From an uncultured cyanobacterium (GTDB taxonomy: Bacteria > Cyanobacteriota > Cyanobacteriia > CAKZMO01), in assembly GCA_963719515.1 (NCBI GenBank), contig CAVRCJ010000003.1, forward strand, positions 128,001 to 192,000: 64,000 nucleotides of DNA, written 5' to 3'. This document shows, one piece after another, positions 41,767 through 51,292 of this stretch. The notes under the pieces are model-generated. The model searched no databases, was not told where the DNA came from, and saw only the letters and a list, made by a program, of their open reading frames with translations. The translations under genes were made by a program, and so were the position numbers. The number at the start of each line of letters is the position of its first letter. The first letter of the stretch is position 1.

Positions 41767-41903
41767 CTCACCTGGACCGGCATCCATTAGTAGAGTTAGG
41801 GGAATGGGCGTAGCTCTAATTAAATGAGCTAATTTAATAAAACTTTATTCTTAATCGTAGGTAGCTTATACTACCGAAGGACGGTTAGCAGGAGAGAGTG
41901 TCA

Positions 41904-42803
41904 ATGTCGGAGGCAGTAAGGCCCCTGACGGTGAGGAGTGGAATGGCCCCTAGAGAGCTACTGGGTCCAACTGACAAGTTTTTCAACCTCAACCTGATTA
42001 TGTTTTTGGCGGCGGTGGCGATGGCAATCACCGCCGTCTTTGGCTATTGGCAGTGGAATTTTCCCCATTGGTGCTGCTTTGGCCTCAATGTGTTGGCGCT
42101 GCACCTCGTGGGGACGGTGATCCACGATGCGTCTCACAATGTCGCCCACCGCAACCGCATTATCAATGCCGCTCTGGGGCACGGCAGCGCCCTCATGCTG
42201 GGGTTTGCCTTCCCCGTGTTCACGCGGGTTCATATGCAGCATCATGCCAACGTCAACGACCCCGAGAATGACCCGGACCACTTTGTGTCGACCGGAGGCC
42301 CCCTGTGGATGATTGCCGCCCGGTTCTTCTACCACGAAGTTTTCTTTTTCCGCCGCAGGCTCTGGCGTAAGTACGAGCTGCTGGAATGGTTTCTCAGCCG
42401 CGCTGTGGTGGCGACAATTGTCTATCTGGCGATTCAGTACGACTTTTTGGGCTTCATCTTCAACTATTGGTTCTCGCCCGCTTTGGTGGTCGGCATTGCC
42501 CTAGGCCTGTTTTTCGACTACTTTCCCCACCGCCCTTTCCAGGAGCGCGATCGCTGGAAGAACGCTCGCGTTTATCCCAGTCCGGTGCTCAACCTGCTGA
42601 TTATGGGTCAAAACTACCACCTGATTCACCACCTGTGGCCGTCAATTCCCTGGTACCACTATCAGACGGCGTATCGGGCAACTCAGCCGCTGCTCGACGA
42701 GAAGGGCTGCCACCAGACGCTAGGGCTGTTTCAAGGGAAAGACTTTTTTAGCTTTATGTATGACCTGTTCTTGGGCATTCGCTTCCACGGGCATCGGCCT
42801 TAA
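41904..42803 (+). CDS. crtR: Beta-carotene hydroxylase
   Basis: His boxes HDASH, HMQHH and HLIHH; DPENDPDHFVSTGGPLW. Confidence 0.92.
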   Translation: MSEAVRPLTVRSGMAPRELLGPTDKFFNLNLIMFLAAVAMAITAVFGYWQWNFPHWCCFGLNVLALHLVGTVIHDASHNVAHRNRIINAALGHGSALMLGFAFPVFTRVHMQHHANVNDPENDPDHFVSTGGPLWMIAARFFYHEVFFFRRRLWRKYELLEWFLSRAVVATIVYLAIQYDFLGFIFNYWFSPALVVGIALGLFFDYFPHRPFQERDRWKNARVYPSPVLNLLIMGQNYHLIHHLWPSIPWYHYQTAYRATQPLLDEKGCHQTLGLFQGKDFFSFMYDLFLGIRFHGHRP

Positions 42804-42804
42804 C

Positions 42805-43267
42805 TCGACTACTCCCATGGCTAAAAAGCGTGGGAGTAGTCAAGCTGCCCGAAGATGTTTCTGCTTCGCAGCACCTGCCTTGCGAGACTTACTCTCTATG
42901 CGCGAAGCGCAGGCTTCGCCAACGGGTCTTACGGTTGCTCGGTATAATGCACCCCGAACAGGCTCTGAGCACTGCTGCTTTTGTCCCATCCATTGCGCGC
43001 TGACAGGTCGGAGACGAGGTCTAAGTGAAGAATACGCTGAACGGGCTCAGCGCCTCCATCCCATATCGACTATTCCTTCCACCGTGCCGGTCCGGTAGCG
43101 CTGTCAGCACCTGGCGGAACGTCCTCTGCTGCTTTGCCACTGACAATCACTCAGGGAGATTTCACCCGTTTCATGCGAAAGGTCTGAATTTATAGCTTTG
43201 GCCGCATTGCTTCTAAGAAACTGCTAGTTTCTTCTTAGGCTGACCCGCTACGCAGCGGGTCAGTTGA
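42805..43267 (-). mobile_element. Putative non-autonomous hairpin-ended element (IS200/IS605-like remnant)
   Basis: Terminal hairpins at 42807-42841 and 43240-43263; structure-rich interior; no intact gene. Confidence 0.45.
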
Positions 43268-43320
43268 TTAGGACAGTGTCGCGGGCTCAAACCGTGACAC
43301 ATCATAGGCAATGCTATAAG

Positions 43321-43348
43321 CAGGGACACGGCATTGCCACGTCCCTAC
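43321..43348 (-). repeat. GTAG-type REP-like palindrome
   Basis: Minus strand GTAGGGACGTGGCAATGCCGTGTCCCTG. Confidence 0.55.
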
Positions 43349-43422
43349 TTCTGCTTTGAGAAGCTTCTCAAACAGATGCCCCAATCCTGGACGGGGCTAG
43401 AAATTGATCAGGCCTCGCGAGC

Positions 43423-44616
43423 CTACCCGCGAATTGCCTCACTAGTTTCTTGATCGGCGTAGAGCGGGTAGCGCAGCGTAGCCGCCACGGGCGAATCCGA
43501 GGGCATTGACCGACTATAGACCGCGCCGCTGTTGGCAAGCACCTGAATTACCGCGATATTCATCAGATCGCTGCTCTCGGGGTGGGCTTGTTCATGCAGC
43601 TCGACGTGGGCCGACTTGGCGTCGTAGGTGCCCCACTGCGATCGCTCCGGTTCTAGAAACAGCGTCTCCACCTGACCGCGATGGGCCGCCACTAAAATGT
43701 CCTTGATCTGGTTGGTGATTTTGTCGGTGTCCGATAGGCGCTCGTAGGTTTCCCAAGCCTTGTTCACCTCCTCTTCTATCAACGGTTTAAACAGTGCTAG
43801 GGCCTGCTGCTGCAGGTCAGAAATCTGCTCGGCCTCCGGGTTGCCGCTCAAGCCTGAGCCCATGAGGTTCGGGTACTTGCTGGCCTGCCGGAAAATATCT
43901 TGAACAAATTCAACCCCTGCCAAAACCAGAGGCAGCGGGTTGTCGCGGGCTGCGTCACAAAGGGCATTGTCGATCTGCTGACAGTAGCGCTGAATTCTAA
44001 CCTTTTCGTTTTCGTCGGTAGTCCCCACGCCCTGGCCATGATAGATCGCTGTACGGGCACTCTGGCTTTGGGCCCCGCTGGAGTGATATTGGGTCTGCGC
44101 TTCGGGGTCGTCGTACTTGAGCGCTTCTTCCAGGCTGTTGGGCAGGTCCTCTAGGGAGACCGACTTGATGTGGTTTGGGGACGCGCCGTAGAGCTGCGCT
44201 TCGTTCTGGCTCAGGGACAGCAGCAGGAAATTCCCGGCCTGGTGCAGCACGGGCAATAGAGGAGTGATGTGGAAGCGATCGCCCACAACGACTAGCTCGC
44301 TCAACGCATAGTCAACCGAGTATATTTTGTCAAAGGACTCCCCCAAAAATAGCGCTAGCCCCTGACTTTGGTGCTCCCAAAACTTATACTGGGAATCGTC
44401 CAGCAGCTGGGTGGCGGGTGAGAGAAGACTGTCTATAGCGTCAGCATCACGGCCCAAGCTGATGAGCTGCTGGCGGGCATGGTCCAGAAGATTTTTAAGT
44501 CGGATGGGATCCTGTCTAATTTCCTGGCCCGCGACGTGCGTCGGCATATAGAGAGAGACACAGGTCTCTTTAGCTGCTTCAGCGATGAAGGTAACGTCGG
44601 ACTTTGTAATTGACAT
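43423..44616 (-). CDS. Bacterial archaeo-eukaryotic release factor family (baeRF) protein
   Basis: CVSLYMPTH..QDPIRLKNLL; FHITPLLP; PLVLAGVE; AAHRGQVETLF; ATLRY. Confidence 0.8.
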   Translation of the reverse strand: MSITKSDVTFIAEAAKETCVSLYMPTHVAGQEIRQDPIRLKNLLDHARQQLISLGRDADAIDSLLSPATQLLDDSQYKFWEHQSQGLALFLGESFDKIYSVDYALSELVVVGDRFHITPLLPVLHQAGNFLLLSLSQNEAQLYGASPNHIKSVSLEDLPNSLEEALKYDDPEAQTQYHSSGAQSQSARTAIYHGQGVGTTDENEKVRIQRYCQQIDNALCDAARDNPLPLVLAGVEFVQDIFRQASKYPNLMGSGLSGNPEAEQISDLQQQALALFKPLIEEEVNKAWETYERLSDTDKITNQIKDILVAAHRGQVETLFLEPERSQWGTYDAKSAHVELHEQAHPESSDLMNIAVIQVLANSGAVYSRSMPSDSPVAATLRYPLYADQETSEAIRG

Positions 44617-44898
44617 GGTTGGAAATTAGCTACTGAAAAAACGGGTCGTACTGTGGCTGAAGTGAGTCAAGCATCGTTAGGCTCCCGCTGCCGTCGCGGA
44701 GCCCAGCTTTTGCTTTCAACAAAGATCAGCAAAATATTTTCCACCTTAACAGCCTTAGAGCGCGCCCCCCTCCCTCAATCGAAAGAAGTTAAAAGATCTC
44801 CCGCCTGACGGGCCATTCCGCCTCGAATTCTGTGATACGCTCTGTGCCATCATCGATTCACCCGATAGCCATACTTCCGACTTAGAGGACGTTACGAC

Positions 44899-45921
44899 TT
44901 GCGCTTAAACCAGTGGATTAGCCTCGTTGCCCTGTTCATCAGCATTTATATTCTTTGGCAAATTCGGCCAATTTTGCTGTTGTTCATCACGGCCATTGTG
45001 CTGGCGACGGCGCTCAATCGGGTGGTCAGCGCGATGCGGTCCACCGTCAAGGTACAGCGGTGGGTCAGCGTTGTCACAGTTCTAATTCTAGTAGTGCTGC
45101 TGCTGACCGCGTTCTCCATTATTGTCGTGCCGCCGTTTGTCGATCAGTTTGAGCAGCTCACTCTGCTCGTGCCGATAGGAGTTGAGCGCATGGGAATTTG
45201 GATTAGAGATCTGCAGGACATCTTGCCTGAGGCGATCGCAGATAACCTCAGGCAGTTCCTCAATCAGTTCTTTCAGTCTCCCCGCTCCATCATTTCCAAC
45301 GTCTTTGATAACTTTTTCTCAATTTTCTCCAACACCCTCAGCGTGCTGCTCGACAGCCTGCTGGTGATCATCTTGACGATTATGCTGCTGTCGAGTCCGC
45401 TGAGCTACCGCAGCGTCTTTCTCAACCTGGCTCCGGCCTCGTACCGCGATCGCTTTGACGAAATTTTGGATAAATGCGAGTCCGCCTTAGGGGGATGGGC
45501 CATCGGCATTATCTTCAATATGCTCGTCATCACGGTACTTAGCGGCATTGGGCTCTGGGCCTTGGGGGTGCCCCTAGCCTTAGTCAACGCTCTAATTGCT
45601 GGAGCGCTGACGTTCATCCCCAACTTTGGCCCGGCTCTAAGCGTTATTCCCCCCGCTATTATCGCGCTGATTGACTCCCCCTGGAAAGCGCTGGCGGTGG
45701 TAATTCTATATGTTGTCATTCAGCAGGTGGAGAGCAACCTGCTGACGCCCCTGGTAATGAGACGCCAGGTGGCGCTACTGCCCGCCTTCACGCTGCTGGC
45801 GCAGGTGGGCTTTGCCGCATTCTTTGGCTTCTTAGGGCTGTTTCTAGCCCTGCCCTTAGCGATCATTGGGCAGGTGCTAATTCGCGAGATTGTGGTGAAA
45901 GATATGCTCAACCACTATTAG
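44899..45921 (+). CDS. AI-2E family transporter
   Basis: Multi-TM; TFIPNFGP; IQQVESNLLTPLVM; GFLGLFLALPL. Confidence 0.9.
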   Translation: MRLNQWISLVALFISIYILWQIRPILLLFITAIVLATALNRVVSAMRSTVKVQRWVSVVTVLILVVLLLTAFSIIVVPPFVDQFEQLTLLVPIGVERMGIWIRDLQDILPEAIADNLRQFLNQFFQSPRSIISNVFDNFFSIFSNTLSVLLDSLLVIILTIMLLSSPLSYRSVFLNLAPASYRDRFDEILDKCESALGGWAIGIIFNMLVITVLSGIGLWALGVPLALVNALIAGALTFIPNFGPALSVIPPAIIALIDSPWKALAVVILYVVIQQVESNLLTPLVMRRQVALLPAFTLLAQVGFAAFFGFLGLFLALPLAIIGQVLIREIVVKDMLNHY

Positions 45922-45960
45922 CGATCGCTCTATGGTTTTGCGGCCCTGGGGACGCTACCC

Positions 45961-46233
45961 CTAAGCAACGGTAGGCTGCTCGCGCACCTGAAGTTGGCTA
46001 CAGGGGACAACCTGGGGAGCAGAGCCAGCATGAGCAAAGATTTCTACCGAGGCCGCGTGCGGGGCGTCAAAGAGCAGGCGCTCGCTTGGGAAGACCACCT
46101 TTTCGAAATAGAAGTTGGCGATACTACTAATTCTCAGCACCTGAATATCTGTACTCTGGTTGACGTAGTAGCAGAGGATGCTGTCTTCAGTCTTGGCGGG
46201 GCTTGAAGCAGATGAAATGATCATAGGGTTCAA
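45961..46233 (-). CDS. DUF1830 domain protein
   Basis: ILCYYVNQSTDIQVLRISSIANFYFEKVVFPSERLLFDAP. Confidence 0.8.
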   Translation of the reverse strand: MNPMIISSASSPAKTEDSILCYYVNQSTDIQVLRISSIANFYFEKVVFPSERLLFDAPHAASVEIFAHAGSAPQVVPCSQLQVREQPTVA

Positions 46234-46413
46234 GGAAGGGAAATAATGACGGGCCTAAGGGGGCGATAGTGATCCCACAATATCGTAACCAATTGTTAAG
46301 TCTGATGCCCTGTGGCTGCTCGGCGTGAGCAGTCTAGCTGCGCAGCTGTGGATCAATCGATATCGGCCAAATCGCTGTGGGACCAGCTGCAGTCAACATA
46401 CCCAAGAATCGAC

Positions 46414-46926
46414 CTAAGCTATCTTTGGCGCTATTGCCTGAATTACGCCGAGCTGGGCCGCTGTCGGATGAGCTGCTGGATGAACCTGCTGCACCCACTG
46501 AAGCGCCTGCCAAAGCGGAACCCGGTGATATTGGCATAAGTAGGCCAATACCACCGTAGGCGATCGCTCTACCCCAGCTAAGCAGTGAACGTAGATAGAG
46601 CGACCCGCCTGGACGGTCTGATGGATGAGAAGTACTGCTTCACTGAGGCACTTGGGGTCTAGCCGCTCCGCGTAGCGACTATCGGGGAGCACAATGCGCT
46701 GGCAGTCGAATTGACGCACAACAGCGTCGGACAGTCTGCCTTCGGCTTCACCACAAAGAGACAGCACAACCTGAATGCCGGCAGCGGCCAAGATAGCCCC
46801 ATCGCGGTGGCCAGGAAGACGGCCCAAGGCGACGGTGCCGGGCAGCACCCAGCTCACCTGCAGCGGTGGTGCGGTGGGTTGGCAAAGGCGGCTTAGCCAC
46901 TTGTAAGGACTTTGGGACCGATTCAT
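46414..46926 (-). CDS. Dual-specificity protein phosphatase
   Basis: Catalytic loop YVHCLAGVERSPT; start at MNRSQ inferred. Confidence 0.85.
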   Translation of the reverse strand: MNRSQSPYKWLSRLCQPTAPPLQVSWVLPGTVALGRLPGHRDGAILAAAGIQVVLSLCGEAEGRLSDAVVRQFDCQRIVLPDSRYAERLDPKCLSEAVLLIHQTVQAGRSIYVHCLAGVERSPTVVLAYLCQYHRVPLWQALQWVQQVHPAAHPTAAQLGVIQAIAPKIA

Positions 46927-47133
46927 GCGCTCTTTTATTAATGAATTAATGACGACAGCAAGAAAGCAGCTGCAGAGGGCGATTGGCCGACTGCAGCCGC
47001 CCATAACAGTTGGATGACTACTACTACACTCACTATCAATTTTCAGAGGGGAGCTTGCTCCATCAGGACGGTCCTGAGGTAGGGCGCTGGCTTTCATCCC
47101 TTGAAGACAGACTCAAGAAAGTCATCCACTGTT

Positions 47134-47233
47134 AAAGCCACCCCACGGTGGCTTAGTCATCCTGACGGTCCTAGTAGAGTCAAAAAGTTACCCCATCATG
47201 GCTGAGTCGTCCTGACGGCCCTAGTGGAATCAA
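47134..47233. repeat. Imperfect 50-bp tandem duplication in a divergent promoter region
   Basis: TGGCTTAGTCATCCTGACGGTCCTAGTAGAGTCAA vs TGGCTGAGTCGTCCTGACGGCCCTAGTGGAATCAA, 50 bp apart. Confidence 0.7.
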
Positions 47234-47291
47234 GCAGATAGAACTTAGGAGCCTGCCACCCCACAACTGCAGTTCGAGGATAGAACACAAT

Positions 47292-48416
47292 ATGCCAGCA
47301 TCCCGACAGACCAGATCTAGGTCAAACGCCACGCCGAATCATCCGGCGCACAGGCGGCCCCGCAACTCTCAGTTGTCTCGGTGGGGACTAGGTTGCCGTG
47401 CGGTGCTGCCTGCTGTGGTCGGTCTAATGGGGCTAGGCTGGCTTGCCCCGACCTACGCTGCTGCCAACGCAATTTATCTCTCCCAGGCTTCTGCGCCGGC
47501 TAGACCAACCGCCTACACGCTGGGGGCCGGCGATCAGGTGCGCGTTGACGTCTTTGATGCCCCGGAATACACCGGAGAGTACCAGGTGCTGTCCGATGGC
47601 ACCATCAGTCTGCCGATGGTCGGCGTTGTCCAGATTTCCGGACTGACTTTAGAGGGGGCTGCGAGCACCCTATCCGCGCGGCTGAGCCCTATCTTACGCC
47701 GACCGATTGTAACGATGCAGCTGCTCAACGCTCGTCCGGTTAACTTTGCCATTGCTGGGCAAATCAACCGCCCCGGAGCCTACACTCTAGACACCGATGC
47801 GATCGACGCCCCAACGGTAACCAACGCGATTCAGCTGGCGGGCGGCATCACCCCAAAGGCTAACATCCGCGATATCCAGGTCATTCGCGTCGACCCGCTA
47901 ACCCGGCAGCCTCAACAGGTATTCGTGGCCAACTTATGGGAGCTGGTTCGGCAAGGGGATTTGCAGCAAGACATGGTTTTGCAGGATGGCGATCGCGTCA
48001 TCATTCCTGAAGCTGCCAACCTCGAAAATGAGGAGCTGACCGAGCTCGCCTCTGCCAACATTTCCCCCGAGGTGATGACGGTAAACGTGGTGGGGGAGGT
48101 CTCTAGCCCCGGCAGCATTGCCCTGCCGCCCAACACGCCGCTCAACCAGGCGATTCTCGCCGCAGGCGGCTTCAGCCGTCAGGCCCGCAAGAAGCGTGTG
48201 GAGCTGCTGCGGCTCAACCCTAACGGCAGCGTTACTCAGCAGGAAATTGAGGTGGACCTAGCGGCGGACGCCAGCAACAGCGTCAACCCGCTGCTGCGGC
48301 CTAACGACACCATCGTGGTTGAGCCGTCTACTTTCTCTCGGGTCACCCGGCGCATTGGGGATGTGGTTGCCCCGATTGGCGGCATCTTTTCTCTATTCAG
48401 AATCTTCGGGCTCTAG
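47292..48416 (+). CDS. Polysaccharide export protein (Wza-like, SLBB domains)
   Basis: YTLGAGDQVRVDVF; DGTISLPMVG; SLBB repeats (AIQLAGG, AILAAGGF). Confidence 0.88.
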   Translation: MPASRQTRSRSNATPNHPAHRRPRNSQLSRWGLGCRAVLPAVVGLMGLGWLAPTYAAANAIYLSQASAPARPTAYTLGAGDQVRVDVFDAPEYTGEYQVLSDGTISLPMVGVVQISGLTLEGAASTLSARLSPILRRPIVTMQLLNARPVNFAIAGQINRPGAYTLDTDAIDAPTVTNAIQLAGGITPKANIRDIQVIRVDPLTRQPQQVFVANLWELVRQGDLQQDMVLQDGDRVIIPEAANLENEELTELASANISPEVMTVNVVGEVSSPGSIALPPNTPLNQAILAAGGFSRQARKKRVELLRLNPNGSVTQQEIEVDLAADASNSVNPLLRPNDTIVVEPSTFSRVTRRIGDVVAPIGGIFSLFRIFGL

Positions 48417-48569
48417 CCTGTCGGTGCGTCCGCCTAAAGTGGTAGAAAAAGGCAGTAAACTAGCGATCGCAGCAAAGGCCTGAAAAGCTACTATGGGTTA
48501 GGTGTAGTCGTATAAGCTGTCTTTGCGGCGATATCTACTTCTCTAGATTAAGCGATTCTAGATCAAGCA

Positions 48570-49352
48570 ATGCGTGATCCCATTATCGAGCTGAAGGGTA
48601 TCAGCAAGACCTTTGGCAGCAACCGCGTTCTCGACGGTATTGATTTGACCCTACACCGGGGCGAGGCGCTAGCTATCATTGGCCCCTCGGGGACGGGAAA
48701 ATCTACCGTTTTGCGCATCATCGCCGGGTTGCTGCTGCCCGACGAGGGAGAGGTATACGTCGACGGTGTTCGGCGTGAAGGTCTGGTGGAGAACAACCCT
48801 GACCCCATCGACGTGGGTATGGTATTTCAGCAGGCGGCACTTTTTGATTCGCTAACGGTGGACCAAAACGTGGGGTTTTTGCTCTACGAGCATTCGAAGC
48901 TGCCGCGCCATCAGGTGCGCGACATCGTCGACCACAGCCTCAAAATGGTGGGGCTCTCCGACATCGGCGATCGCTTCCCTGCTGAGCTATCAGGCGGCAT
49001 GAGAAAGCGCGTCAGCTTTGCCCGGGCCATCATCTCCAGCCCTGAAAAAGAAACCAAAACTCCCGACCTACTGCTTTACGATGAGCCGACGGCGGGTCTC
49101 GACCCGATTGCCTCAACCGTTATTGAAGACTTAATCCGCGACATTCAGTGCCACGAGTCGGGCTGCGGCACCTACGCCATCGTCACCCACCAGGACAGCA
49201 CAATTCGCCGCACCGCTGACCGGGTGATCTTCCTGCATCAGGGCAAAGTCCGCTGGCAGGGCACGGTTGATGAAATCGACACCACCGACGACCCGGCGGT
49301 GCGCCAGTTTTTCAGCGGGAAGGTCGAAGGGCCGATTCAGGTGGTCAACTAA
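48570..49352 (+). CDS. mlaF: MlaF/TGD3-like lipid ABC ATPase
   Basis: GPSGTGKS; ELSGGMRKRVSFARA; LYDEPTAGLDP; adjacent to an MCE gene. Confidence 0.85.
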   Translation: MRDPIIELKGISKTFGSNRVLDGIDLTLHRGEALAIIGPSGTGKSTVLRIIAGLLLPDEGEVYVDGVRREGLVENNPDPIDVGMVFQQAALFDSLTVDQNVGFLLYEHSKLPRHQVRDIVDHSLKMVGLSDIGDRFPAELSGGMRKRVSFARAIISSPEKETKTPDLLLYDEPTAGLDPIASTVIEDLIRDIQCHESGCGTYAIVTHQDSTIRRTADRVIFLHQGKVRWQGTVDEIDTTDDPAVRQFFSGKVEGPIQVVN

Positions 49353-49499
49353 CCTACCGCTGGGCACCAGCAGTAGCTCCCCCGTGAGCTGATCATCGCG
49401 CTTTGGATCATCGCTATGATGAATGGACCATTGCTCTGGTAGGTTTAAAGCGGCAGAAACCGCAGGTCTCACCCGTCACTTCATTGCAGGCACCGCACT

Positions 49500-50756
49500 A
49501 TGCGATCGCGAATTGTTAGAGAAGGCTCCATTGGCTTACTCATTCTGGTGGGGTTCGTTATTTTGGGAGGACTGGTGTTCTGGCTTCGCGGGCTGCGGTT
49601 AGGCGGGCAGAGCTACCGGATCAACGCAGATTTCAAGACGGTTGCGGGAATGCAGCCGGGTGCTCCGGTGCGCTATCGCGGCGTTCAGGTGGGGCGCATT
49701 CAGGCCGTAGAGCCCGGAACCAACAGCGCCCGCGTCGTCATCGAAATTGCCTCCGGCGATTTGATTATTCCTGAAAACGCGATTGTTGAAGCCAACCAGG
49801 TGGGTTTGATTGGCGAAACCTCCATCGATATCGTGCCGCAGGCTACCCTATCAGCAGCGGCGCTGGAGATGAGCCCCTTAGGAGAATCCTGTGACCCAGC
49901 GCTGATTTTGTGTGATGGCGCTGTTGTGAGCGGGGTCGAGGGCGTGAGCTATGACACTCTAATTCGCACCACGGCCCAGCTAGCGGAGCGGTTTGACAAT
50001 CCCGAGCTTGTGGCAGAAATTGAGGAGCTGGTGACCAACACGTCGGATGCGGCGGCGGGGGTAACCGAGCTGACGGAGGAGGTGACGGACCTCACCGAAG
50101 CCATTCAGGGTGAACTGGGAACGCTTTCAAAATCGGCGACTGCTACTACTGATTCAGTGGCTCGGGCGGCTCAACAGTTTGAGTTAACTGCAGCTCAAAT
50201 TGAAGCGCTTCTCAGAGAAAACCAGTCCTCTCTTGCCTTCACTCTGGCCAATATCGGGCGAGCGAGCGACCAAGTGCAGCTCGTGCTGGCGGGGCTGTCC
50301 CCGGCGGTGGAAGACGGCGAACTCGCCGAAAACCTGGTGGTCCTCTCTGACAACGCCGCCGCCGCCTCTGAGAACCTACGCGAAATTTCCGAATCGTTCA
50401 ATCAGGCTGACACGGTAGTGCAGCTGCAGCGAACCCTAGACTCAGCCTATGAAACGTTTGAGAATGCGCGAAAGATTACGGCTGACCTAGATGCCCTCAC
50501 TGGGGACCCTGAGTTTCGCAACAATTTACGAGACTTGGTGAACGGGCTAAACGGGCTAGTATCCATGACCGAGCAGCTAGAGCAGCAGGCAGAGACAGCG
50601 CAGCTCTTCTTAGATTCGCCGCCTGCATTGCCGACGGTAGACCCAGTGATGGTAGACCCGTTGCGGCCAGAACCAGTCAGACCAGAACCAGCGCGGCGGC
50701 CGCAGCCGCTCGCCCGCCGCGCTGGCGAAAGTCCCTCCAGTGGCTCTTTGCAGTGA
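49500..50756 (+). CDS. mlaD: MlaD/MCE-domain protein
   Basis: REGSIGL N-terminal TM; GAPVRYRGVQVGRI; GLIGETSIDI; helical tail. Confidence 0.85.
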   Translation: MRSRIVREGSIGLLILVGFVILGGLVFWLRGLRLGGQSYRINADFKTVAGMQPGAPVRYRGVQVGRIQAVEPGTNSARVVIEIASGDLIIPENAIVEANQVGLIGETSIDIVPQATLSAAALEMSPLGESCDPALILCDGAVVSGVEGVSYDTLIRTTAQLAERFDNPELVAEIEELVTNTSDAAAGVTELTEEVTDLTEAIQGELGTLSKSATATTDSVARAAQQFELTAAQIEALLRENQSSLAFTLANIGRASDQVQLVLAGLSPAVEDGELAENLVVLSDNAAAASENLREISESFNQADTVVQLQRTLDSAYETFENARKITADLDALTGDPEFRNNLRDLVNGLNGLVSMTEQLEQQAETAQLFLDSPPALPTVDPVMVDPLRPEPVRPEPARRPQPLARRAGESPSSGSLQ

Positions 50757-50775
50757 GATCAGCCGCAGCGCTTAT

Positions 50776-51273
50776 TTAACTGGCCGTCACGTAGCTCTCC
50801 AAGTTCTCAGACTCGAGCTGCCGCAGCAGGCTCTTCGCCCGGTTGGTGACGTTGGGGGCTCCTTGAACAATCAAGAGGTGCTTTCCCTGCTTCAACCACT
50901 TGGCGTAGGGAGGGGTTGTGGTTTTGCCAAAAGGCGTAATTTTTGAGCTGGTGAACAGGCTGCCCAATAGGCCCGCGATCGCCCCCAGCAGGCCGCCAAC
51001 TATGTGGTTGGCTTGCGGTCCCCAAGCAGCCACCAAATCGTATTGGGTTGATAGGTTGAAGGCGTAGCCTCCCATAAAGCCAAACGGCACTAGCCAATAG
51101 GCCATGAATCGTTTTTGGCCGCTGCGGAGGCCCAGAAAGGCTAGGTCGCTATTGACTGAGGTATTGCGGCCAGCCACGGTCACCTGTTCGGCAGGAATTC
51201 CGTTTTCTTGCAGGTGTGTCTGGGCAGCACTGGCCGCGGCGCTATCGAGAAAGACGGCAATAACGTAGTTCAT
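50776..51273 (-). CDS. Hypothetical membrane protein
   Basis: 165-aa ORF; WLVPFGFMGGYAFN; Gly-rich TM. Confidence 0.7.
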   Translation of the reverse strand: MNYVIAVFLDSAAASAAQTHLQENGIPAEQVTVAGRNTSVNSDLAFLGLRSGQKRFMAYWLVPFGFMGGYAFNLSTQYDLVAAWGPQANHIVGGLLGAIAGLLGSLFTSSKITPFGKTTTPPYAKWLKQGKHLLIVQGAPNVTNRAKSLLRQLESENLESYVTAS

Positions 51274-51292
51274 GGCTCTTAGTAGGTAAATA

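Noticed and set aside
47134..47233. Possible mini CRISPR array
   Set aside because: Only two degenerate units, the intervening sequences are themselves similar and too short for spacers, and there are no cas genes in the window.
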